A DNA stretch of 64,000 nt, taken from contig DATIIV010000012.1 in assembly GCA_035479295.1 (NCBI GenBank), positions 65,010 to 129,009 on the forward strand, read 5' to 3'. The notes below the pieces were generated by a model. That model did not search any database. It saw nothing but the letters and a program-made list of their open reading frames with translations, and had not been told where the DNA came from. The stretch comes from Candidatus Saccharimonadia bacterium. Lineage in GTDB: Bacteria; Patescibacteriota; Saccharimonadia; UBA4664. Of the stretch, positions 52,363 through 64,000 are shown one piece after another (within the stretch, counting starts at the first letter, position 1; each line of letters opens with the position of its first letter). The position numbers and the translations under genes are program-made.

Positions 52363-53010
52363 CTACTCGATAGGCAGACGATAGATGCGGTTAAGAATCT
52401 GGAGAGCAGTAAGCTTCTCTGCTGCCTCCAGCGGCTTGCCCACCGTAATGGCATAAGAAGGCCATAGCCATCGGCCGCGGCACCACTCGATGTGCACTGG
52501 AATTATCTTTACTTGAGGAGTCTTGGCTAGAACTTCAATGCCGCTTCGGGGCCGAATCTTATGCGGTGTGCGCTTGCCCTCAGGAAAGATCATGATAGAT
52601 TGGTGGTGTTTCAGAAACAGCTGGGCTGCAGTGAGGCCATAAATGTAAGAGGCATTGGCGCTAGCCGGGAAAGCTCCAAACGCAAAGAGGAAGTGACGTA
52701 GGAACTTGTCGAAGAGGGCGTTATGGGCAAAAAAGCGGAGAGGTGCTAGGCCGGCAAGGATGCCTGGTGGAAGTGCGACGCAAATTATAAACGGGTCAAA
52801 CATGCTCTGGTGATTTGCTGCAACTATATAGCAATGATCAGGACTAATATCACCAGGCTGGAGGTTGACTCTAGTCCGATGCGGTAGCAAGTGGGTAATG
52901 AGGCGAATTGGCCAGTAAAGGACGCGCTGACTGAGTAAGATCACGCGAAGACGGCCAGGCGATAAAAGCGAGTCAAGGGACGCAAAAGATTTTACTTGAG
53001 TAGCCGACAT
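52363..53010 (-). CDS. Lysophospholipid acyltransferase (PlsC-like, LPLAT family)
   Basis: Motif I VAANHQSMFD (H-x4-D) and motif III FPEGKRT. Confidence 0.7.
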   Translation of the reverse strand: MSATQVKSFASLDSLLSPGRLRVILLSQRVLYWPIRLITHLLPHRTRVNLQPGDISPDHCYIVAANHQSMFDPFIICVALPPGILAGLAPLRFFAHNALFDKFLRHFLFAFGAFPASANASYIYGLTAAQLFLKHHQSIMIFPEGKRTPHKIRPRSGIEVLAKTPQVKIIPVHIEWCRGRWLWPSYAITVGKPLEAAEKLTALQILNRIYRLPIE

Positions 53011-53093
53011 CGGTAAAATTGATGATATGTAATTGCGTAATTATATAATAATATTAAAGGCAATGCAAGATGCAAAATGAGGAGTAATAGATA

Positions 53094-53807
53094 GTGACAA
53101 ACAGGCAGGAGGGGGCGGCTGAGTCGGGGAAAGGGGGACTTGGCTCGAGGCATTTGCATTTTGAGGAGCATGGACTGGTCTTTCGCGAGTTAACAGCAGA
53201 GGCCGATTTTAGGGCCGCTTATCGGCTGCGTTATAAAATCTGTGTAGAGCAGCTGCATTGGGTGCAGGGGGTTCCCGAAGAGCAGCTTGAGTACGATGAT
53301 TATGATAAGTACTCGTACCACTTTGGCTGTTTTAGGGAGAGTAAGCTTATAGGGTATATGCGTATGACGCCAGAAGATAATTCCGTGGGCACCATGAGCC
53401 GCGACCACTTTGGCCATCTCTGGCAAATTGACCCTCAGTACCCTACCCACGAAACGGCTGACCTATCCCGACTCTTGGTGGATCGGCCCTATCTGCATAA
53501 ACCCTTGCTGCTGCGGCGAATTCTGATTGGTTTATACCGACTGGCCTACGGAAGGGCAGAATTGAGTCGGCCGCGCATTCGGTATTGGTATTTTATTACC
53601 ACGGGACGCTTGCTTAAGGCTTTAAGATGGCAGTTAGGCTTACCCGTCAAAGTGTTTGGCCACGATCAGACCTCAGATGGCAAAACCACCTATGCAGTCG
53701 GCCTCGATTTACAGCGGGGTCGCCGGAGACTCGCTATCCTCGCACCTTGGCGTCTTATCTACTTTGCCAGGGCTAAGCGGCTTCAACGCGATAATGAGCG
53801 TCCATAG
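53094..53807 (+). CDS. LuxI/FeeM-fold N-acyltransferase-like protein (autoinducer-synthase superfamily), paralog of 36984-37796
   Basis: GTG start with RBS GAGGAG. AYRLRYKICVEQLHWV...EEQLEYDDYDKYSYHFGCFRESKLIGYMRMTPE...DHFGHLW aligns to LasI RAEVFRERLGW...ESDRYDALGPTHYLLALDDQGQVVGCLRLLPTT...DVFPGLL. Confidence 0.55.
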   Translation: MTNRQEGAAESGKGGLGSRHLHFEEHGLVFRELTAEADFRAAYRLRYKICVEQLHWVQGVPEEQLEYDDYDKYSYHFGCFRESKLIGYMRMTPEDNSVGTMSRDHFGHLWQIDPQYPTHETADLSRLLVDRPYLHKPLLLRRILIGLYRLAYGRAELSRPRIRYWYFITTGRLLKALRWQLGLPVKVFGHDQTSDGKTTYAVGLDLQRGRRRLAILAPWRLIYFARAKRLQRDNERP

Positions 53808-53844
53808 TATCAACTTAAGCAAAAGAGCTATAGAATAAAGATTA

Positions 53845-56013
53845 ATGGATTATCGGGCATTACTTCTATTTTTAGTAACGGCTGCGAATCTTTTCCTGGG
53901 TCTTGCCGTTTACTTTCGCAATCCTCGCAATCGCCAGTATATCTATTATTTTGCTTTTGCCTCATCGATAGCGCTCTGGACCTTAACCAACGGGCTCTAT
54001 CAGATTTTCCCGCCGCGCCTCCTTTTATCGATGGCGCTTTTGAGCTATGCCAGTGCCATCCTTATGGCCACCTTTTTCCTGCTGTTTAACCGTGAGTTTA
54101 CCAAAATTAAGCTAGGTCCTGACTGGCTGATCCTGCTTGTGGGCGGCCTAATGGCCTTAGTCGCGCTCAAACCTGGCGTACTAGCCTCCTCGATCGCTGC
54201 TGATCGCTCCATTGTTACTACTCCGGGAATCGCTGTTATGGCCATCTTGCTGGTTGGGTTTCTGTCGTGGGGCTTATTACTGTTGGTTGCATCGTTGCGC
54301 CGAGCTCGAGGCTTAGTCCGCACTCAGCTGCAGTTTATGTTGGCTGGTATGACAACTGCCGCCTTAATGGGGGTGCTATTTAACTTAGCACTACCGGTAA
54401 TGGGCCATATTTATACCTATGTTTATCTCGGCCCCGACTTCACGACTTTTTACGTCGCTGCCATTGCCTACAGCGTTATTCGGCAGCGTCTCTTTAACTT
54501 ACGGGTAGCTATTGCTCGGACGATAGCGTATCTTTTGGTCTTAACGGCTATGGCTGGCATGTACATTGCGGCTATTTTAAGTATAACTTCATACTTCTTG
54601 CCGTCGGGTCGGATCTCTGGCAGCCAAAATCTGATCTCGACCGTCGTAGCGATTGTACTGGTTTTCACCTTCCAACCCCTCCGCCGCTTCTTTGAGCGCG
54701 TTACCGACAGTGTGTTTTATCGTGATCGGTACGATTCGCAGGTGGTGTTGAATGAGTTCAGCAAGGTGCTGGTGTCGGAGCTGGATCTGGATCGGATTCT
54801 GCGCCGCAGCCTCAGTCAGCTGTGCCGCGACGTGCACATTCAGTTTGGGCAGCTGGTGATCTTTAATCAGGACCGAGTGTACCGGGTGGAGCACTTTGGG
54901 CCGCTGCCCAAGCGGCTGATGGTGGCGCCGGAGCTGCGGCGGCTGGATGAGTCGCTGCTGGTGGCCGATGAGCTTGAGGCCGGCGAGCGCAAGACCATCA
55001 TGGACGAGCACGCCGTGCGTGTATCGGTGCGGCTGGCCACCCGCGATGAGTTCGTGGGCTACCTGCTGCTGGGCGATAAGCTGTCGGGCGATATTTACTC
55101 CAACCAAGACATTGAGCTGCTGGAGATTATCGGTAAGGAGCTGGCCGTGGCGATTCTGAATGCCAAGGCCTATGCCGAGATCGAGGCTTTTAACCGCACA
55201 CTGCAGGAGCGGGTCGATCACGCCACCAATCGACTGCGCGTGGCTAACCGCCACCTCAAAGAGCTTGATAAAGCCAAAGATGAGTTTATTAGCATGGCCT
55301 CGCACCAGCTGCGCACGCCGCTCACTACCATTAAGGGCTATCTGAGCATGATGCTGGAGGGCGATGCCGGGCGTCTCACCGCCGCCCAGAAGCAGTTTGC
55401 CGGCTACGCTTTTAGCTCGTCGGAGCGCATGGTTAACCTCATCTCCGACCTGCTTAATGTAAGCCGCCTAAGTGCCGGCCGTTTTCTGATTCAAACCAAG
55501 CCCACCGATATGGTGGCGATGGTGGCCGACGAGGTGCGTCAGCTGCAGAGCCATGCCGCGGCTAAGCACATTAGCCTCATCTTTGAGCAGCCACCAGCTG
55601 ACTTTCCGCTGGTGGAGATCGATGAGAACAAGACGCGCCAAGTCATCATGAACTTTATCGACAACGCCATTTACTACACCCAGACCGGCAGCGTGCGGGT
55701 GCGGCTTACCTTGGCCGGGCCGATCGTGCGGCTCGAGGTCATCGACACTGGCATTGGCGTGCCAGCAGCCGAGAAGCGCCACCTGTTCACCAAATTTTAC
55801 CGGGCCGAGAATGCCCAGGTGGTGCGGCCAGACGGTACCGGTCTAGGTCTGTATTTGGCCAAACGAGTGGTGGAAGATCAAGATGGTACAATACTATTTA
55901 GTAGCACCGAAGGCAAGGGTTCGGTGTTTGGATTTGAGCTACCGATTAAGCCCCGCCACAAGTCGGCGCCCAAATCGGCCAACGATAAGCAGAAGGAAAA
56001 CCAGCATGGCTAA
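53845..56013 (+). CDS. Sensor histidine kinase with 7TM-type N-terminal domain, GAF, HisKA, HATPase_c (paralog of 34759-36987)
   Basis: NLFLGLAVYFRNPRNRQYIYYFAFASSIALWTLTNGL... H-box FISMASHQLRTPLT, HATPase GTGLGLYLAK. 722 aa. Confidence 0.85.
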   Translation: MDYRALLLFLVTAANLFLGLAVYFRNPRNRQYIYYFAFASSIALWTLTNGLYQIFPPRLLLSMALLSYASAILMATFFLLFNREFTKIKLGPDWLILLVGGLMALVALKPGVLASSIAADRSIVTTPGIAVMAILLVGFLSWGLLLLVASLRRARGLVRTQLQFMLAGMTTAALMGVLFNLALPVMGHIYTYVYLGPDFTTFYVAAIAYSVIRQRLFNLRVAIARTIAYLLVLTAMAGMYIAAILSITSYFLPSGRISGSQNLISTVVAIVLVFTFQPLRRFFERVTDSVFYRDRYDSQVVLNEFSKVLVSELDLDRILRRSLSQLCRDVHIQFGQLVIFNQDRVYRVEHFGPLPKRLMVAPELRRLDESLLVADELEAGERKTIMDEHAVRVSVRLATRDEFVGYLLLGDKLSGDIYSNQDIELLEIIGKELAVAILNAKAYAEIEAFNRTLQERVDHATNRLRVANRHLKELDKAKDEFISMASHQLRTPLTTIKGYLSMMLEGDAGRLTAAQKQFAGYAFSSSERMVNLISDLLNVSRLSAGRFLIQTKPTDMVAMVADEVRQLQSHAAAKHISLIFEQPPADFPLVEIDENKTRQVIMNFIDNAIYYTQTGSVRVRLTLAGPIVRLEVIDTGIGVPAAEKRHLFTKFYRAENAQVVRPDGTGLGLYLAKRVVEDQDGTILFSSTEGKGSVFGFELPIKPRHKSAPKSANDKQKENQHG

Positions 56014-56455
56014 CACTGATACCGCCCATCAACCGGCCCAGCTGGGGGCCGGCAAGATCATCTTAATCGCCGAGGACGATCCGTTTATTTCGCGCATGTA
56101 CGAGATCAAACTGCAGGGCGCTGGCTTTACGGTTATCGTTAAGAATAATGGTCGCGACGCCTTTGAGGCTATTAAGTCTGAGCATCCGAGCCTGGCCGTC
56201 CTCGACATTAATATGCCCGAGCTGAGCGGTCTTGAGGTATTATCGGCACTACAGAGCGACGGCTTTGATCTGACGACCATGCCGGTAATCGTGCTAACCA
56301 ATTCGTCGGAGCTGTCGGATCGCAAAAAGGCGCTCAGCTACGGCGCCGAGTACCTGGTAAAGGCCGAGCTCACGCCGCGCGAGGTGCTTAATATGATCGA
56401 CGCCAAGCTCGGCCTCGACCCTGGCGACAGCGAGGCTAAGCCGGCCGATGCTTAG
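56006..56455 (+). CDS. Response regulator, receiver domain only
   Basis: ATG 56006 with RBS AAGGAAAA; overlaps the HK stop by 8 nt. ILIAEDD, VLDINMP, YLVKAE. Confidence 0.8.
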   Translation: MANTDTAHQPAQLGAGKIILIAEDDPFISRMYEIKLQGAGFTVIVKNNGRDAFEAIKSEHPSLAVLDINMPELSGLEVLSALQSDGFDLTTMPVIVLTNSSELSDRKKALSYGAEYLVKAELTPREVLNMIDAKLGLDPGDSEAKPADA

Positions 56456-56627
56456 CGCACTGCTCTTGGCGGTGGTGGTCTTCGCGGCCAGTTTTGTAGC
56501 CTTAATGGCCGTCGAAAAGCTGATTCACCGCTGGACCTACAACCCCGACCGGAGTTATCGCTGGGGCGTGTGGCTGTTCTCGAGTTTATTCGCAGTTTAT
56601 GCGTTTGTGACGGCGTTAGGCCGGTAA
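56448..56627 (+). CDS. Candidate small membrane protein (59 aa) overlapping the receiver stop
   Basis: ATG overlaps the RR stop (ATGCTTAG). Sequence MLSALLLAVVVFAASFVALMAVEKLIHRWTYNPDRSYRWGVWLFSSLFAVYAFVTALGR. Not in the ORF track because it is under 60 aa. Confidence 0.3.
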   Translation: MLSALLLAVVVFAASFVALMAVEKLIHRWTYNPDRSYRWGVWLFSSLFAVYAFVTALGR

Positions 56628-56678
56628 GGTTAACTCCGTTTTATAGCTAGCAGCCTGAATCTCAAAACCCCTCGTCTC

Positions 56679-56765
56679 GGCGCTTCCTGCCTTATAGTTC
56701 TCCCGTGAGGACTGTCTGAGCAAAGCGAGTTTCCGCAACGGGAGAACTATAAGGCAGGAAGCGCC
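56679..56765. repeat. 27-bp perfect inverted repeat (GGCGCTTCCTGCCTTATAGTTCTCCCG ... CGGGAGAACTATAAGGCAGGAAGCGCC) with a 33-nt loop
   Basis: Verified base by base: arms at 56679-56705 and 56739-56765. No U-tract follows. Confidence 0.85.
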
Positions 56766-56807
56766 TGGAACTAGGCAGAAGTGGTTTGAGGCTCAGATCT
56801 AGCAGTA

Positions 56808-56842
56808 TTGACTTAAGCATACATTAAACATACAATGTATGT
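56808..56842 (+). promoter_or_regulatory. Sigma-70-like promoter (TTGACT, 17-nt spacer, TACAAT) with an overlapping palindromic operator ACATACAATGTATGT for the TA pair
   Basis: -35 at 56808-13, -10 at 56831-36, palindrome at 56828-56842. The ATG at 56846 gives a near-leaderless transcript. Confidence 0.5.
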
Positions 56843-56845
56843 ATT

Positions 56846-57130
56846 ATGAGTAATGTTCTATTAACCATCAAAACCGATCCAGATACTAAAGAGCAGCTCA
56901 AGGCCTTTGCGGCAGAGCTGGGCGTATCAAGTACGGCTTTTGTAAATATGGTTGTAAAGCAGGCGCTTCGTGATCGTCGCGTGGTGCTAAGCACCGACCT
57001 GGAGCCAACAGCCTACTTAGAAGACATCATGCGCCAGGCCGAGGCAGATTACCTGGTTGACCGCGACATCACCCACACCAAGGGGAACCGAGACACTCTA
57101 TCGCATTTAGATAGTCTTATGAGCAAGTAG
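56846..57130 (+). CDS. DinJ/RelB-family antitoxin (ribbon-helix-helix)
   Basis: MSNVLLTIKTDPDTKEQLKAFAAELGVSSTAFVNMVVKQAL. 94 aa. 1-nt gap to the toxin gene. Confidence 0.7.
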   Translation: MSNVLLTIKTDPDTKEQLKAFAAELGVSSTAFVNMVVKQALRDRRVVLSTDLEPTAYLEDIMRQAEADYLVDRDITHTKGNRDTLSHLDSLMSK

Positions 57131-57131
57131 C

Positions 57132-57392
57132 TTGAAGGTCGATTTTACTAAGTCGTTCGATAAGCAATTTACAAAGCTGACGCATAAGCGCCAAGAACAG
57201 GCCAAAGCGGCCGTCGCATTGTTTTTGCACGATGCCCTGCACCCGGTATTGCGCAATCACGCCCTAAGAGGCGAGTGGAAAGGCTACCACAGTATTAGTG
57301 CTGGTGGTGATCTACGCTTGCATTTTAAGATGGTCGACGAGAATACGGCGTTATTTGTGGCAGCAGGAAGCCATAGTCAACTTTATAAATAG
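57132..57392 (+). CDS. YafQ-family (RelE/ParE superfamily) mRNA-interferase toxin
   Basis: HALRGEWKGYHSISAGGDLRLHF and AAGSHSQLYK parallel E. coli YafQ HPLQGSWKGYRDAHVEPDWILIY / RTGTHAALFG. Confidence 0.75.
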   Translation: MKVDFTKSFDKQFTKLTHKRQEQAKAAVALFLHDALHPVLRNHALRGEWKGYHSISAGGDLRLHFKMVDENTALFVAAGSHSQLYK

Positions 57393-57419
57393 CAGGTCTA
57401 CCTTATACTTATTTAGAGC

Positions 57420-58505
57420 TTACGGCAGACTAAGCGTGTCGCGAAGGCGCCGCAAGGTGTAGGGCTGGCCGGGCAGCTGATATTGGCCTGGTGCGGTAGT
57501 AACGGCCGTAGCGTAGCCGGCCTCTTGCACGATCTGGATGGTGGTGGCGTTGTAGTTGCCGTAGGGGTAGGCAAAGTCGCGGATGGGGTGGCCGAGCTCT
57601 TGCTCGAGCTGAGTCTTGGAGTCGATAATCTCGTGGCGCTGGTCGTCGGCGCTGAGGCTCGCCAGATTGGGGTGGTCCAGGGTGTGGCCGCCAATGGTAA
57701 TGAGCCCCGAGCGATCGAGCGTACGTACCTGATCCCAGCTCAGGTAGGCGTCGCCACAGCCACCCGGCGGTTGGACGGGATCGTTGTAGCGGCGGCCCGC
57801 GCCGATACACCAATTGCTCTTAGCGCCTCCATTAATGATGTAGTAAGTGGCCCTCATATGGTGCTGCTGCAACAAGGTAAAGGCTTGCATCTGGTTGGCA
57901 AAGCCATCGTCGAAGGTTAGGACGACGGGCTTGGCCGGCAGCAAATTGTTGCCAGCCAGCGCCGCTGCCACCTGGTCGAGGCCAATGGTGGTGTAGCCGT
58001 GCTGCTCCAGGTACTCCAGCTGCTGCTCGAAGTTGGGCGGGGTATAGTGATAGAGCACGATGGGGATGAAGAGCTCGCCGGCTACCGCGGATGCAGACGA
58101 GTTCGGGATGGGCCCCTTAACGGCTTCGTTAGCGGCATCGGTGAGCCGGTTGTTCCACTGCGTGAGCGAAGCTCGTAGCGAAGCAATGGATTGCTGAGCA
58201 GCGGTAAATCGACCTTGCGCAAGGTCTAATTGAATGCTGGCCAGGGTGCTACTAAGAGTTTTGGGACTTACGAGTTCCAGATGAGCCTTGGTCTGGCGGG
58301 CCTCGAAGTCTTTGACCGCTCGAGTAGCGGCGCCGAGCGAGACCCGCAGCGCATGCGGCGCCTGTGATGGGCCGGCGACTGCATCGGGGGCGGGCAGCGT
58401 TAGCGCCACCATGGCGCCACTACCCAGCAGGGCCAACCCGACTAAGCTAAAACATATCATTTTTTTGGCCCGCCCTAAGCTAAGGCCGCGCAACGAAAAG
58501 CCCAT
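57420..58505 (-). CDS. Polysaccharide deacetylase (NodB-homology domain) with an N-terminal signal/anchor and a coiled region
   Basis: LTFDDGFANQ motif. Start at 58505 or the internal ATG 58460. Confidence 0.75.
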   Translation of the reverse strand: MGFSLRGLSLGRAKKMICFSLVGLALLGSGAMVALTLPAPDAVAGPSQAPHALRVSLGAATRAVKDFEARQTKAHLELVSPKTLSSTLASIQLDLAQGRFTAAQQSIASLRASLTQWNNRLTDAANEAVKGPIPNSSASAVAGELFIPIVLYHYTPPNFEQQLEYLEQHGYTTIGLDQVAAALAGNNLLPAKPVVLTFDDGFANQMQAFTLLQQHHMRATYYIINGGAKSNWCIGAGRRYNDPVQPPGGCGDAYLSWDQVRTLDRSGLITIGGHTLDHPNLASLSADDQRHEIIDSKTQLEQELGHPIRDFAYPYGNYNATTIQIVQEAGYATAVTTAPGQYQLPGQPYTLRRLRDTLSLP

Positions 58506-58514
58506 TGAATTCCA

Positions 58515-59069
58515 TTATAGGGCGTGCGAGCTAGGCGTGGCAACGCTTGGTGCGGTACTAATGGCCTGCAGGTGCCGCCGCCACTCCAGGTAAACCAGCC
58601 AGGCCACGATGGCGTCAAAGCCGGTTAGCAGGGCTAGCCCCAGCGAGTGGTCGTAGCCGACCCGGTAGGCCTGATAGGCAATAAAGAGCAGCAGAAAGCC
58701 AATCGCCCAAGGATACAGATGATAATGCTGGCGCAATAGCGCAATGGCCAGGCCGAGCTTTATGGCGCCGTGGCCCAGTAGGTACAGGGCCGCTAGCAGC
58801 GCAAAACCCGGCGTCAAATGATTGTCGAGCGCCGTAATAGCCTGAGCGATAAAAGCGTGGTGGTCGTCGGCCAGCTCGTAAATGGCCAGCCCAGCCCAGC
58901 CGTGCAGCTTGCTAATGGGCACGATGAGCAGAAACAGGCCACCCATCATCTCGATGAGGCCGTCGAAGCCCTTGATGGCTACCGCGATGCGGAAGAGCCA
59001 GTCGAGCACGGGTTGTGGTATCAGGCGTTTCACAGCTAATAGCTTAGCGGTTGTTGCCGGATTACTCAA
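58515..59069 (-). CDS. Membrane protein, hypothetical (DUF2127-like topology)
   Basis: 184 aa, 4-5 TM. Confidence 0.45.
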   Translation of the reverse strand: MSNPATTAKLLAVKRLIPQPVLDWLFRIAVAIKGFDGLIEMMGGLFLLIVPISKLHGWAGLAIYELADDHHAFIAQAITALDNHLTPGFALLAALYLLGHGAIKLGLAIALLRQHYHLYPWAIGFLLLFIAYQAYRVGYDHSLGLALLTGFDAIVAWLVYLEWRRHLQAISTAPSVATPSSHAL

Positions 59070-59150
59070 GGCGGAGTAGACTAGAGGGCGTCCTTTGCGA
59101 CTGCGCAGAGGGCTTTCGTTCCCTTACGTTCGCCAAAGTTGGGATGAATT

Positions 59151-59342
59151 GTGGGTTTAGGTGAGTTCATCACGGGAGCCAGAAAGGTCGTTCAGGCAGT
59201 GAACGGCGGGACTGGCGGCGGTGATGCTAAGGACGAATGTGTCGTCTGCGGCAAGCAGATTCGCAAGCACCGTAAGATGACCGGCGAAGGCCGCGTCTGC
59301 TCTGTGGCCTGCGCGCACTTTTGGGTTGAGAACATGAGCTAA
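59151..59342 (+). CDS. Candidate small zinc-ribbon protein (63 aa)
   Basis: GTG start. CVVCGKQ...CSVAC (C-x2-C...C-x3-C). Convergent with atpC. Confidence 0.3.
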   Translation: MGLGEFITGARKVVQAVNGGTGGGDAKDECVVCGKQIRKHRKMTGEGRVCSVACAHFWVENMS

Positions 59343-59450
59343 CCTTTGCCGGGCGCTTCGCCGCGCAGCCTCATAGCCGCTCGCTCCACCGGCTTCGCCC
59401 TAGTATCAGATTCTGATTCGATATTGAGGCGAGGTCGATCGAGTTCTAAG

Positions 59451-59864
59451 CTATCGACTGCGGTGGTGCCGCTTGAGCCGGGCGACGCCCAGACGGACTT
59501 CCTGGCGGTCGATGAGCTCCTCGGCGCGCTGCAGGGCGTGCTTGTCTTTGGCCTTGGCCTTGAGGTCGCGCGCCTTGGTGAGTGCGGCTTGGATCTCTGA
59601 CTCGATCAGCTCATCGGCGTGCTCGGCTTCGTCGGCCAGCAGGCGCACACGGTCGGGGTTGACCTCCAACAGGCCGCCAAAAATGGCAAACAGCTCGGCC
59701 TGGCCGTGCCGCGGGCGAATAATAACGGGGCCCGCCAGCACTATGCTGGTGAGCGGTTCGTGGTGGGGCAGCACGCCGATCTGGCCGGCGGCCGTGCGCA
59801 GACTCACCTCGGCAATCTCGCCGTGGTACTTGGCGCCGGTGAGCGTGAGTAGCTCGAACTGCAC
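59451..59864 (-). CDS. atpC: F1 ATP synthase epsilon subunit
   Basis: 137 aa: beta-sandwich N-terminus, then a C-terminal helical hairpin. Lies 1 nt downstream of atpD. Confidence 0.85.
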   Translation of the reverse strand: MQFELLTLTGAKYHGEIAEVSLRTAAGQIGVLPHHEPLTSIVLAGPVIIRPRHGQAELFAIFGGLLEVNPDRVRLLADEAEHADELIESEIQAALTKARDLKAKAKDKHALQRAEELIDRQEVRLGVARLKRHHRSR

Positions 59865-59865
59865 G

Positions 59866-62126
<2,261 letters not shown>

Positions 62127-62128
62127 GG

Positions 62129-63672
<1,544 letters not shown>

Positions 63673-63676
<4 letters not shown>

Positions 63677-64000
63677 GCGTCAACTCCTTCAACTAACTTT
63701 GCCAGCCGGTGACGTACCGTAGCGTCGAGTTCGGCGGTGGGGATTTCGAGACGGACGCCACCGATGACGGCCGGCTCCACTAAGGCCTCGAGCTCGAGCT
63801 CGCGAGCGCCGGTGGCCTGACGCAAAAACGCCTCCACGGAGCCGCGCACCGTGGTCGAGAGCGGCCGGGCCGTGGTAACGCGAGCGTAAACGTAGCCGCG
63901 CTCCGCCAGCACTTTGGCGACATCGCGGGCCAGGTAGCTAGCCTGGCGCGGCCGGCCGCAGCTCACCAACCAAGCAGCCGCCGACTGTACGGCGGCCGGC
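63673..64000 (-). CDS. atpH: F1 ATP synthase delta subunit (OSCP), 5' end outside the window
   Basis: C-terminal delta-like sequence (VTTARPLS...). The reading frame stays open to the window edge. The ORF-track start is a TTG. Confidence 0.7.

Noticed and set aside
59404-59416. Palindrome ATCAGAtTCTGAT just downstream of atpC as an operon terminator
   Set aside because: The stem is only 6 bp and there is no U-tract on the minus strand. Not convincing as an intrinsic terminator.

Overview
This is a high-GC bacterial chromosomal segment, roughly 60-65% G+C by eye, densely coding on both strands. No rRNA, CRISPR array, transposase or integrase is visible.

Housekeeping content: a tRNA-Arg(TCG)/tRNA-Lys(CTT) pair with encoded CCA, zwf, folD, a type-II NADH dehydrogenase, a glucokinase-family kinase, an RRM RNA-binding protein, and the distal part of the F1 ATP synthase operon (atpH partial, atpA, atpG, atpD, atpC) on the minus strand at the right edge.

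Accessory content: a class-II UvrA paralog coupled to a VOC/glyoxalase gene, a MacB-type ABC exporter, a GH5-FN3 glycosidase with a C-terminal membrane anchor, two paralogous papain-like (C1) cysteine peptidases, a bacterial iGluR-like ligand-gated channel, two tandem proteins built from repeated LuxR-type HTH units, a DinJ/YafQ toxin-antitoxin pair preceded by a 27-bp perfect inverted repeat, a P1B ATPase without a metal-binding domain, an ECF sigma factor and an ABATE/zf-CGNR regulator. Signalling genes are unusually dense: three multi-pass sensor histidine kinases and five receiver-only response regulators.

The most notable observation is a duplicated cassette. A LuxI/FeeM-fold (autoinducer-synthase-like) N-acyltransferase gene sits directly upstream of, and in copy A translationally coupled to, a paralogous 7TM-GAF histidine kinase, flanked by stand-alone receivers. 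Copy A additionally carries an AdoMetDC-like pyruvoyl-enzyme gene. This is a candidate signal synthase/receptor-kinase module of the LuxM-LuxN type.

Several genes look leaderless, with a TGcTATACT -10 element 6-7 nt upstream of the ATG. All calls are from reading the sequence by eye; no database or HMM search was possible.
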